Part shown: piece by piece, positions 8,972-17,669 of the stretch
How positions within the stretch are numbered: the first letter of the stretch is position 1
How the letters are laid out: each line of letters opens with the position of its first letter
Assembly: GCA_017427415.1 (NCBI GenBank)
Contig: JAFRSU010000086.1
Location: 12,547 to 76,546 of the forward strand
Direction of reading: 5' to 3'
Source: Lachnospiraceae bacterium
GTDB lineage: Bacteria; Bacillota; Clostridia; Lachnospirales; Lachnospiraceae
Length of the DNA: 64,000 bases
Translations under genes and position numbers: made by a program
The notes under the pieces: generated by a model
Told to the model about the DNA's origin: nothing
Seen by the model: only the letters and a program-made list of their open reading frames with translations
The model's database searches: none

Positions 8972-11098
8972 ATGAATATAGAGACCAGGAATTTCAAGAA
9001 AACAGCGAATTGGATCATAAGATTAAATATACTGCTGGTATGTTTACTTCTTTTGTTGGCAGGCGTATGTTATATGTACCCTGCTATAGCAGCATCTGCT
9101 GACAATGCCTTTAAATACAAGGATTATTCGACCGGGAAGACAGCCACATATACCGGTACCGTACCTGTTTATATAGTGGACGGGATAGAAGCTGACTTGG
9201 AAAAGCAGCCGCCTATGCTTTCCGAAAGAAATATAGCATATGTAAGTGCCGGAGCACTTTTTAAAGATGCTATAGGTGCAACTGCCAAATACAGCACATC
9301 TAAGAAATGCATCACTATAAAATACAAAGGCCATGTGCTAAAGATGTACATAGGGAAAACTCTCGCCGAGATAGACGGAGAAGAGATAGAGGCTCCCTGT
9401 GCACCCTACAGGGTAAAGTATAAGGCAAGTAAAAAGACCGCCACAATGGTACCCTCAAGATTCGTAGCTGAGACTCTCGGTATTGAATATTACTGGGATT
9501 CCGCGACTTCCACCGTTAAGATCAAGACGCCTTTTTACTATGAGCTTGAAGGTGAAAAGATAAAATATGAGGGCACCCGCGGGAAGATCACTTTTGAGGG
9601 TGAAAATGTAGAACTTTTGGATACACCTTCGATCATACTCGAGGATACAGCTCTCATCAGTACGAGATCAAGAGTATTTAAGGTTATCGGTATTGATTTC
9701 GATTATGATGATGAAAGCGGGCTTATAAGTGTTGAGTACGGCGGTAACAAAGTACTTTACAGTGTCGGAAGCAGGATCGCTTATGTAAACGGACTGCTTA
9801 GCAGATGTTCATATGCACCCACAGTATTCTATATATATGACAGAGATTCCGATATCCTGTATATCCCCGGACGTTTTACCATGGAAAATCTCGGATTTAA
9901 TTATGTATGGAATGCCCAGACAGGTACATCCGAGATATCTACGATAAAGGAAGACATCATTACCGATACGGAAAATGATACCGGTGCGGATATTGGTACG
10001 GACACAGATAATAATACTGATATAGAAAACGATGAGAACAATGATAACGATATAGAAACTGATAACAACAACGATACCGGTATGGATCAGGACACCGAAA
10101 ATAATGATAACACGGATGATACTTCAAAAACCGATGAAAATACAGAGCCTGAGGCAGTAATACTTCCGAAGCAGCTGATAAATGTTATCAATACCAATGA
10201 CGGTTATAAGTTCTTTATCGACAAAGAAAACTGTATACAGACCTTAAAGCTTCCGGTACCGTCGGGTGTCAGTGCTTCCGATATCGATGTATTTGAAGAC
10301 ATCATAGGATGTATGACAGAGCTTAAGCTAAAAGGTGACCATACGGAGTTTTATAAAGATGTCGAGGTCGATAACCCCGGACAGGCTATACTTCAGATAC
10401 AGATATATTACGATCCGAATACCGATGATACTCTGATAAGGCTTTTCAGTGACATAGTACTCGGATGTGAGCTTAAGGATAATGATGACGGTATGGTAGA
10501 TGTCAGGATGGATTTTGTAAAGAACATCTATGATAAGGTAATAGTACTTGATGCCGGACATGGCGGACACGATCCCGGAGCTCAGGCCGAAGGATATAAC
10601 GAGAGTGACCTGAACCTGAAGGTTATCCTTAATTGCCGTGAACTGTTTAAGGATTCTGATGTTAAGGTATTTTACACCAGGATAGACGATACTTTCCAGA
10701 CTCTTTACGACAGAGCTGATTTTGCCGAGCTTGTGGGAGCCGATCTGTTCATATCCGTACATCATAATTCGTCTTGGTATAACACGATAAAAGGTACCAG
10801 TGTATATTACGGAGATAAGGATACATACACATCGCTTAACGGACTTACAAGTGAAAAACTGGCCAACCTGATGCTTGAAAATCTCGTGGATAAGCTTGAT
10901 ACCGAAGTGTTTGCCACAGGAGTGATAAATAAAAACTTTGTTGTGGTACGAGATTCTAAGGCACCGGCAGTATTACTCGAGATAGGATTTATGTCCTGCC
11001 CTGAGGAGTTGAGCCGCCTGGTTAAGGACAGATTTTCAGAGAAGGTTGCAAAGACAATATATAATACAGTACTCGGTATCTACGAAGATGCTGAGTAA
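8972..11098 (+). CDS. secreted N-acetylmuramoyl-L-alanine amidase with copper-amine-oxidase-like stalk repeats and a D/N/T-rich linker
   Basis: Signal peptide. Four (V/I)P.RF..E.LG..Y.W repeats. Linker residues ~330-395. C-terminal Amidase_3 motifs (VLDAGHGGHDPGA, FISVHHNS, LLEIGFMS). Confidence 0.85.
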   Translation: MNIETRNFKKTANWIIRLNILLVCLLLLLAGVCYMYPAIAASADNAFKYKDYSTGKTATYTGTVPVYIVDGIEADLEKQPPMLSERNIAYVSAGALFKDAIGATAKYSTSKKCITIKYKGHVLKMYIGKTLAEIDGEEIEAPCAPYRVKYKASKKTATMVPSRFVAETLGIEYYWDSATSTVKIKTPFYYELEGEKIKYEGTRGKITFEGENVELLDTPSIILEDTALISTRSRVFKVIGIDFDYDDESGLISVEYGGNKVLYSVGSRIAYVNGLLSRCSYAPTVFYIYDRDSDILYIPGRFTMENLGFNYVWNAQTGTSEISTIKEDIITDTENDTGADIGTDTDNNTDIENDENNDNDIETDNNNDTGMDQDTENNDNTDDTSKTDENTEPEAVILPKQLINVINTNDGYKFFIDKENCIQTLKLPVPSGVSASDIDVFEDIIGCMTELKLKGDHTEFYKDVEVDNPGQAILQIQIYYDPNTDDTLIRLFSDIVLGCELKDNDDGMVDVRMDFVKNIYDKVIVLDAGHGGHDPGAQAEGYNESDLNLKVILNCRELFKDSDVKVFYTRIDDTFQTLYDRADFAELVGADLFISVHHNSSWYNTIKGTSVYYGDKDTYTSLNGLTSEKLANLMLENLVDKLDTEVFATGVINKNFVVVRDSKAPAVLLEIGFMSCPEELSRLVKDRFSEKVAKTIYNTVLGIYEDAE

Positions 11099-11108
11099 TT
11101 GGCAAAGG

Positions 11109-11181
11109 GTGTGACAGAAGAACCCGGGTCACAAGGAATCCGTCACCTACGGTGACACCTTGTGACATACCCTGTCACATA
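11109..11181. repeat. GTGACA-family repeat, 72-bp composite form, copy B
   Basis: GTGTGACAGAAGAACCCGGGTCACAAGGAATCCGTCACCTACGGTGACACCTTGTGACATACCCTGTCACAT forms three nested stems. It ends 9 nt before the xer ATG. Confidence 0.8.
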
Positions 11182-11190
11182 AGGTGAATC

Positions 11191-12246
11191 ATGGAGAACA
11201 GAAGTTATCATCAACAAAAAAATATCGAATATACTAAAAAGCTCCGTGAATTCTTAGCTGAGCTTCCGTCATATGTGACAAGCTATTTCAGGGGTATAGA
11301 GCAGCGTACCCAGGCCAGGTCGAGGCTTGCCTATGCCAATGATATAAGAGTGTTTTTCGAATGGATCACAAAATCCAATCCGATATATGCGGGTAAAGAG
11401 CTAAAAAGCATACCGGCATCCGTGCTGTCCGATATGAATGCTTTTGATATTGAGGAATATATGGAATATCTGAAGTTAAGAGATGAGGGCGACATAGAGA
11501 AGGTAAACTCGGAAGTGACCATAAAGAGAAAGATGTCGGCACTCAGAAGTCTTTTTAACTACCTGTACAGGAACCAGATCATAGAAAATAACGCAGCCAT
11601 ACAGGTGGATATGCCGAAGCTCCATGAGAAAGCAATAGTCAGGCTTGATGTCGATGAGGTATCAAAGTTCTTAGATGTGGTGGAATACGGACCTCAGAAC
11701 ATGTCACAGAGAAAACAGAAATTCCATGAGTTAAATAAGGTAAGAGACTTAGCTATCATGACACTGCTGCTCGGTACGGGCATGCGTGTAACCGAGCTCG
11801 TGGGAATAGATCTAAAGGATCTCGATTTCGCCAATGGCAGGGTAAAGGTAACCCGCAAAGGCGGATATGAGGCATATATTTATTTTGGTGATGAAGTGGC
11901 TGATGCTCTGTCAAAATATGTTGATGAGCGTGAAAATATAAAGGACATTAAAGTAGGGCATGAGGATGCGTTGTTCCTCTCCACGCGAAAGAGCAGAATA
12001 ACCGTCAGAAGCATAGAACTGATGGTCAAGGAGTATTCAAGTTACATTACCACAGTAAAAAAGATCACACCTCACAAACTGAGAAGTACTTACGGTACAT
12101 CCTTGTACCAGGAGACCGGTGACATATATCTGGTAGCCGATGTATTGGGACACAAGGATGTAAATACAACCAGGAAGCATTATGCGGCATTGGATGAGGA
12201 AAGGAAACTCAAGGCGAGGGATATCGTTAAATTGAGGAAAGAATGA
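11191..12246 (+). CDS. tyrosine site-specific recombinase, XerC/XerD-like
   Basis: N-terminal SAM-like domain. Catalytic-domain motifs GMRVTEL, HKLRSTYGT and LGHKDVNTTRKHY. Confidence 0.85.
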   Translation: MENRSYHQQKNIEYTKKLREFLAELPSYVTSYFRGIEQRTQARSRLAYANDIRVFFEWITKSNPIYAGKELKSIPASVLSDMNAFDIEEYMEYLKLRDEGDIEKVNSEVTIKRKMSALRSLFNYLYRNQIIENNAAIQVDMPKLHEKAIVRLDVDEVSKFLDVVEYGPQNMSQRKQKFHELNKVRDLAIMTLLLGTGMRVTELVGIDLKDLDFANGRVKVTRKGGYEAYIYFGDEVADALSKYVDERENIKDIKVGHEDALFLSTRKSRITVRSIELMVKEYSSYITTVKKITPHKLRSTYGTSLYQETGDIYLVADVLGHKDVNTTRKHYAALDEERKLKARDIVKLRKE

Positions 12247-12288
12247 ATGAGTTTTGTGGCAAAAACGATTTAGTCTGTGTACAGTTTC

Positions 12289-12347
12289 GGAATTAAGGAA
12301 ATTTTTTTTGACACACCAAAGAGTCAAAAAAATATTCCCTTAATTCC
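12289..12347. repeat. 59-bp AT-rich nested palindrome between xer and tldD
   Basis: GGAATTAAGG (12289-12298) pairs with CCTTAATTCC (12338-12347). TTTTTTTGAC (12303-12312) pairs with GTCAAAAAAA (12323-12332), leaving a 10-nt loop. Confidence 0.6.
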
Positions 12348-12405
12348 TCAACTGATGATAGGGTTAAGATGGTTTTTGCCATGTAATAAGAAAAAGGAGA
12401 AAAAC

Positions 12406-13836
12406 ATGAAAGTTAAAGAAAGCGAATACTTAAAGATAAAGAAGCCGGTCTTACAGAAGCTTCTTAATAAGTTACTTGATAAGTATGAGTATGCGTCGAT
12501 ACTTGCTAATGATTCTGAAAGCACTAACTACAGGGTATCTAAGACAGGTACCAATATCTCGGAGGATGGAACATTGTCCGAGAGAGGATTCTGTGTAAAG
12601 GTATATGATAACGGAAAGGCTGCTGAGTACAGCTTCAGTGCCATAGAAGATGATACCGTAGATGCAGTGGCATCAGAGATAGCTGAGAGACTAGGCGCAC
12701 TTGGTGCTAAGCTTCCCGAAGGTGTAACGGCATATAAGTTCGCCGATATCGAGGATGAAAAGCTCTTTATCGATGAAAGCACGGAATATGCGGTTGATCC
12801 CGAGACAAAGGGTGACAACAATATCATTGACCTGCTTACTCGTATATCCGAAAAAGGCCGTGCATACGATGAAAAGATCATTGACTGCAGAGTGGCATTT
12901 TCTTATCAGAAGTATTCAAAGATGTTCATGTCAAGAAATAAGGATCTGACACAGAACGTTATGTGGTCATGCGGCTTTATAGTAGTAATGGCTAAAGACG
13001 GTGAGGAGATCCAGAATTCATATAAGCCCGTATCCATGCTGGGCGGCATAGAGGTACTTGATACATTGGAGAGCAAGCTGGAAGATGCCTGCAAAACAGC
13101 TATTGAGCTTCTTTCGGCAGAACCCATGGTACCCGGTGAATATGACTGCATATGCGAGCCCGATGTAACCGGTATGATAGTACATGAAGCATTCGGACAC
13201 GGCGTAGAGATGGACATGTTCGTAAAAGACAGAGCCCAGGCTAAAGAGTTCATCGGTAAGCAGGTGGCATCGGAGCTTATCACCATGCATGACGGAGCAT
13301 GCACCATCCCGCAGGTAGCTACATACTTCTTTGATGACGAAGGTATACCTGCACACGATACCATCATCATAGATAAGGGTATCCTTAAGACAGGTATATG
13401 TGACGCTCAGTCAGCTATGCATTTAGGACTTAACGGCACCGGCAACGGACGTCGTCAGGATATGACCAGAAAAGCATATACCAGAATGACCAATACTATA
13501 TTTGAAGCAGGCACCAGCAAAGTAGAAGATATGATTGCTTCTGTTAAACACGGATTCCTGCTCTGTCAGGCTTCCTCCGGTATGGAGGATCCTAAGAACT
13601 GGGGTATCCAGCTGATGGTGGATATCGCCAGGGAGATCAAGGACGGCAAGCTGACAGGAAAGATATATTCACCCATAGTCATGACCGGATATGTACCCGA
13701 CCTCTTGAAGTCGATATCCATGATCTCCGACAAGATAGAAGCAGGCGGCACCGGATACTGCGGCAAGGGCTATAAGGAATGGGTCAAGGTATCTGATGGA
13801 GGCCCTTATATCAAGGCTCGTATCAGACTCGGATAA
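12406..13836 (+). CDS. tldD: TldD-family metalloprotease
   Basis: HEAFGHGVE zinc motif and the GYCGKG C-terminal block. AAGGAGA lies 7 nt before ATG 12406. The ORF-track 12277 start is an upstream extension. Confidence 0.85.
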   Translation: MKVKESEYLKIKKPVLQKLLNKLLDKYEYASILANDSESTNYRVSKTGTNISEDGTLSERGFCVKVYDNGKAAEYSFSAIEDDTVDAVASEIAERLGALGAKLPEGVTAYKFADIEDEKLFIDESTEYAVDPETKGDNNIIDLLTRISEKGRAYDEKIIDCRVAFSYQKYSKMFMSRNKDLTQNVMWSCGFIVVMAKDGEEIQNSYKPVSMLGGIEVLDTLESKLEDACKTAIELLSAEPMVPGEYDCICEPDVTGMIVHEAFGHGVEMDMFVKDRAQAKEFIGKQVASELITMHDGACTIPQVATYFFDDEGIPAHDTIIIDKGILKTGICDAQSAMHLGLNGTGNGRRQDMTRKAYTRMTNTIFEAGTSKVEDMIASVKHGFLLCQASSGMEDPKNWGIQLMVDIAREIKDGKLTGKIYSPIVMTGYVPDLLKSISMISDKIEAGGTGYCGKGYKEWVKVSDGGPYIKARIRLG

Positions 13837-13848
13837 TAGGAGGAAATT

Positions 13849-15144
13849 ATGAAAGAAAAAATACTCGCCTCATTAAAGAGGCTTAATATTGAAGAATATA
13901 CTATAAATATCACTAATTACAAGAGTACCCAGATGTTCTTTATTAAGAAGAGCCTGGATACAAAGAGAGCCGAGAATACCACTACATATAATGTAAACGT
14001 ATTTAAGAAGTTTGAAAAAGACGGTAAAGAGATGAAGGGTAACTCATCCGTATTTATCTATAACGGTATGACAGATGACGAGATCGATAACGCATTAAAA
14101 AGAGCAAACTTAGCAGCCTCATTTGTATGCAATCCTACATATGAACTTATGGAATGTACGGAAAATAAGTTCACGACCATAGAATCGGATCTATTTAACT
14201 ACACCTTAGAAGAGTGCTGCGAAAAAACTGCAGAAGCTCTTTTTGCAGCAGATAACAGAAGTGAAGTGTTTGTAAACTCGGCAGAAATATTTGCTTACGA
14301 ATACAATGTTGAGATAATAACATCCACAGGTATTGACTCGGGGTACACAAAGAGAAAGATCAGCGGTGAGTTTGTAGCACAGTGTAAAGCTCCTCAGGAT
14401 GTTGAAACTTATAAGGATTTTGAATACAACTGCCTTGATACAGAGGCATTAAAAGCAAAGGTAAGTAAGACCCTCGAATACACACTTGACAGGGCAAAGG
14501 CTACTGAAGCTCCTAAGGCAGGAAAATACAGAGTCATCATAAGTGATTCTTATGTCAATGACATATTTGAGTATTATAAAGGAAGAGCTCAGGTTGGATA
14601 TATATATGCCGGCTATTCTACATTTGAGGTCGGACAGAATGTTCAGGCACTGAATGCCGAAGGCGAATATGCCGAGATCAAGGGTGATAAGGTCAGTATG
14701 ACACTTGTGCCTACTGCACCTATCAGCGATGAAGGCATATGGCAGAAGGAACTTAAACTGCTTGATAACGGTGAGTTAAAAACTTTCTATGGCGGTTTAC
14801 GTTTTTCAAGATATCTGGGTGTAGAACCCACCGGATTTTTTGGCAGTGCAAATGTAGCTCCCGGAAGTATGTCGGTAGAAGATATGAAGAAAGATCCGTA
14901 TCTTTGGGTAGTAAACTTCTCAGACTTCCAGCTTGATGACTTTACCGGTCATTTCGGCGGTGAGATAAGACTGGCATTCCTGTATGACGGAGAAAAGGTT
15001 ACTCCTGTAACCGGAGGCTCCATCAACGGAAGTATCATTGACTCACAGACCAATATGCATTTTTCAAAAGAAATCCAGAGATCTGCCAACTTTACAGGTC
15101 CTTATGCTATGTGCTTTGAGGATGTACCTGTAGCAGGGGCATAA
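13849..15144 (+). CDS. PmbA/TldE-family protein (partner of TldD, no HExxH)
   Basis: Its size, its position 12 nt after tldD, and C-terminal FSDFQ.D..TG.FGGEIRLA..Y..G blocks are typical of the PmbA/TldD superfamily. Confidence 0.7.
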   Translation: MKEKILASLKRLNIEEYTINITNYKSTQMFFIKKSLDTKRAENTTTYNVNVFKKFEKDGKEMKGNSSVFIYNGMTDDEIDNALKRANLAASFVCNPTYELMECTENKFTTIESDLFNYTLEECCEKTAEALFAADNRSEVFVNSAEIFAYEYNVEIITSTGIDSGYTKRKISGEFVAQCKAPQDVETYKDFEYNCLDTEALKAKVSKTLEYTLDRAKATEAPKAGKYRVIISDSYVNDIFEYYKGRAQVGYIYAGYSTFEVGQNVQALNAEGEYAEIKGDKVSMTLVPTAPISDEGIWQKELKLLDNGELKTFYGGLRFSRYLGVEPTGFFGSANVAPGSMSVEDMKKDPYLWVVNFSDFQLDDFTGHFGGEIRLAFLYDGEKVTPVTGGSINGSIIDSQTNMHFSKEIQRSANFTGPYAMCFEDVPVAGA

Positions 15145-15163
15145 ATCATTTCTAAAAATACAG

Positions 15164-15196
15164 CCGCCTTTACCGTTAATCGGTAGAGGCGGTTTT
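15164..15196 (+). terminator. intrinsic terminator after pmbA-like gene (overlaps the 3' end of the convergent gene)
   Basis: CCGCCTTTACCG-TTAAT-CGGTAGAGGCGG then TTTT. Confidence 0.7.
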
Positions 15197-16063
15197 AAAA
15201 AGATAATCTAATCGTTCACTTATCACTTTAAAATCAATAGTACATTTACCATCCCAGATATTGACCGGGATAATATCATTAAATGTATACTCAATCGGTT
15301 TGGAGGACTTTTTAAAGAAATATACAATTATCTTACTTTGTTTGGGCATAACGATCCAGTATTCGCGTACACCTGAACTTTCATACTTTGATTTTTTCCT
15401 ATAAACATCATGATACCAATTAGATTCGGAAAGCACTTCAATAATGAGATCGGGTGCACCGACTACCCGAGCATATGTAATTTTATCTCTGTCACAGGTA
15501 ACAAGCACATCAGGCTGCACCATGGTTTTGTCATCTTTATCAAGCTGAACATCGGTAGGAGCTATAGAAGCACTACATTTACCATTATTTTTATAAATAT
15601 AATCATCTAAAGCTTTCCATATTTGTATAGCAATCTGATTATGCAAGTAGCTTGGAGCTGCCATATCATAAAAAACACCATCTATAAGCTCTACGCGCAC
15701 ATCATTAGGTAACGCAAGATAATCGTCTATTGATTTATTTTCATACGAAGATAAATCAATAGCATTTGTTCCACCGGATAAAATACCTTCATAGTGTTCT
15801 AAATCTTTTTTCTTATAAGTTTTTCCCTTAATTTCAGCCTCATATGCAGGATCGCATAAATAGAGGCGTTCACTTTGAAACTCTTCAAATGCATTTCCTA
15901 AAGCTAACAGGGTTTTGTTTCTTGGTGTGGATGTAGCTCTACAGAAAACCTTTTGTACAGTACTTAATGGTACGCCTGATCTTTCAGCTATATCCATATA
16001 TGATAAACCGGATATCTTTTTATAGAAAATCATTTCATCCAAAGTCATAAGTTTCATATGCAT
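15176..16063 (-). CDS. XRE-type HTH domain fused to Uma2-family (PD-(D/E)xK) endonuclease domain
   Basis: N-terminus has GLSYMDIAERSGVPLSTVQKV. C-terminus has ELIDG..Y.M, QPDVLV, APDLIIEVLS and REYWIV, typical of Uma2/DUF820. Confidence 0.75.
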   Translation of the reverse strand: MHMKLMTLDEMIFYKKISGLSYMDIAERSGVPLSTVQKVFCRATSTPRNKTLLALGNAFEEFQSERLYLCDPAYEAEIKGKTYKKKDLEHYEGILSGGTNAIDLSSYENKSIDDYLALPNDVRVELIDGVFYDMAAPSYLHNQIAIQIWKALDDYIYKNNGKCSASIAPTDVQLDKDDKTMVQPDVLVTCDRDKITYARVVGAPDLIIEVLSESNWYHDVYRKKSKYESSGVREYWIVMPKQSKIIVYFFKKSSKPIEYTFNDIIPVNIWDGKCTIDFKVISERLDYLFKTASTD

Positions 16064-16323
16064 ACCTACCTAAATCATTTATTATCTCAAAATATTGCTT
16101 ATATATTTCCATTATATTGCTTATGTGATCATATGTCAAGGTAAATCATTGCATATTTCCATAAATATCCATTGCACGATTTGATAATAAATCTATTTTT
16201 TTCCAAAATATGAAAGCTACCTACAGGAAGCTTTTAAAGGAATTAAAGCTTACTAAGTCCATTAAGCTTAAGACCATTAAAAACAGCTGATATATTAAAA
16301 ACAAGATTGAAAACTAAAGTCAG

Positions 16324-16361
16324 GGGACGGTTCAAAGGAGACTTATGAACCGTCCCTTTTT
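16324..16361 (+). terminator. orphan terminator-like hairpin built from the GGGGACGGTTC repeat core
   Basis: GGGACGGTTCA-11 nt-TGAACCGTCCC followed by T5. There is no annotated + strand gene upstream. Confidence 0.5.
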
Positions 16362-16376
16362 ACTTAAAAATTCTAC

Positions 16377-16404
16377 TTGAAAAAAAGAAAAATGTTGATA
16401 TAAT
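16377..16404 (+). promoter_or_regulatory. ackA-pta promoter
   Basis: TTGAAA, 16 bp, extended -10 TGATATAAT. Confidence 0.55.
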
Positions 16405-16436
16405 AATGTGTGGATTATTATTTGGAGGAAATATAT

Positions 16437-17654
16437 ATGAAAATCTTAGTTTTAAATGCAGGTAGTTCATCCTTAAAGTACCAGCTCATCGATATGGAAA
16501 ATGAGAAGGTTCTGGCTAAGGGTAACTGCGACCGTATCGGTATCGATAATTCGTTCTGTAAGCATAAGAACGGAGACAAGCCCCAGGTAGAACTTAAGCG
16601 TGAGTTTAAGAACCATAAAGACGCTATCAAGATGATCCTTGAGCTTTTGGTAGACAAGGAGAACGGATGGGGATGTATCGACTCAATGGAGGAGATCAGT
16701 GCAGTCGGCCATCGTGTAGTTGCTTCAGGTGAGTACTTCAAGGAGCCCACACTTGTTACAGATGAATCTCTTGAAAGACTTAAGCTTACATTCGAACTCG
16801 GACCTCTTCATAACCCTCATGCATACACAGGCGTTGTAGCATGCCGTGAGGTTATGCCCGGTACTCCCATGGTACTTGTATTTGATACAAGCTTCCATCT
16901 TACCATGCCTGAAGAAGCATATATGTACAACATCAAGTATGAGGATTACGTAGATTATCATGTAAGACGTTACGGTGCTCATGGTACCAGCCACAAGTAT
17001 GTATCTGGTGCTGCAGCTGAGTATCTCGGAAAAGATATCAAGGACCTCAACATCATCACATGCCACTTAGGAAACGGTTCTTCCATCAGTGCTGTAAAGG
17101 GCGGCAAGTGTGTTGATACTTCCATGGGCTTTACCCCTCTTGCAGGTGTATGTATGGGTACACGTTCAGGTGATATCGATGCATCGGCAGTAGAGTTCTT
17201 AGCTAAGAAGAAGAACATGGATATCTACGAGATCACATATTATCTTAACCATGACTGCGGTCTTAAAGGATTATCAGGCGGATATTCTGACTTCAGAGAC
17301 TTAACAGCCAACAGAGCCGAAGGCGGCGAGAAGGGCAGAAGAGCAGATCTTGCATTAAAGAAGTTTGCTTATGACTGCAGAAAGTACGTCGGTGCATACA
17401 TGGCAGTACTCGGCAAGGTTGATTGTATCGTATTTACCGCAGGTATCTCAGAGTGGAACGGATTTATCATCAATGACATACTTGAAGGTCTTGAGGTATA
17501 CGGTATCGAAGTTGATAAGGCTAAGAACACCGATTCCTGTCCTGTACCTGTTAAGGATATCACAGGTCCTAACGGTAAGGTTAAGATTTTAGTTATCCCT
17601 ACTAATGAGGAACTTGTAATCGCAAGAGAGACCAGAGATGTTGTAAGTAAGTAA
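16437..17654 (+). CDS. ackA: acetate kinase
   Basis: MKILVLNAGSSSLKYQL N-terminus and the GHRVV and TCHLGNGSS motifs. GGAGGA lies upstream of ATG 16437. Confidence 0.95.
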   Translation: MKILVLNAGSSSLKYQLIDMENEKVLAKGNCDRIGIDNSFCKHKNGDKPQVELKREFKNHKDAIKMILELLVDKENGWGCIDSMEEISAVGHRVVASGEYFKEPTLVTDESLERLKLTFELGPLHNPHAYTGVVACREVMPGTPMVLVFDTSFHLTMPEEAYMYNIKYEDYVDYHVRRYGAHGTSHKYVSGAAAEYLGKDIKDLNIITCHLGNGSSISAVKGGKCVDTSMGFTPLAGVCMGTRSGDIDASAVEFLAKKKNMDIYEITYYLNHDCGLKGLSGGYSDFRDLTANRAEGGEKGRRADLALKKFAYDCRKYVGAYMAVLGKVDCIVFTAGISEWNGFIINDILEGLEVYGIEVDKAKNTDSCPVPVKDITGPNGKVKILVIPTNEELVIARETRDVVSK

Positions 17655-17669
17655 ATGGAGGAAAAAGAC

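Noticed and set aside
9961-10140. A GAT/AAT/ACN-rich DNA stretch in the amidase gene that looks like a microsatellite. The acidic run in the bactofilin gene (51470-51960) is similar.
   Set aside because: Both are in-frame D/N/T/E-rich linker regions of intact ORFs. There is no exact DNA period, so they are compositional low complexity rather than a distinct element.
11191-12246. The tyrosine recombinase as a marker of a prophage or integrative element.
   Set aside because: The neighbours are an amidase and tldD/pmbA, with no phage, conjugation or IS genes. I saw no flanking direct repeats or tRNA target. A chromosomal Xer-type role is more parsimonious.
12289-12347. The palindrome as a dif site for the adjacent Xer-like recombinase.
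   Set aside because: dif sites are about 28 bp with two 11-bp arms around a 6-bp core. This is a 59-bp nested hairpin with a very different layout. It is kept as a finding only as an unexplained palindrome.
12406-15144. The TldD/PmbA pair as the maturation protease of a nearby RiPP or microcin cluster.
   Set aside because: No precursor-like small ORF, cyclodehydratase or export ABC transporter is adjacent. TldD/PmbA pairs are widespread as stand-alone housekeeping genes.
16210-16290. A 26-aa Lys/Leu-rich ORF (MKATYRKLLKELKLTKSIKLKTIKNS) in the ackA upstream spacer, as a possible toxin or leader peptide.
   Set aside because: It has no SD sequence, no hydrophobic helix and no attenuator logic tying it to ackA. 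It cannot be distinguished from chance in AT-rich DNA.
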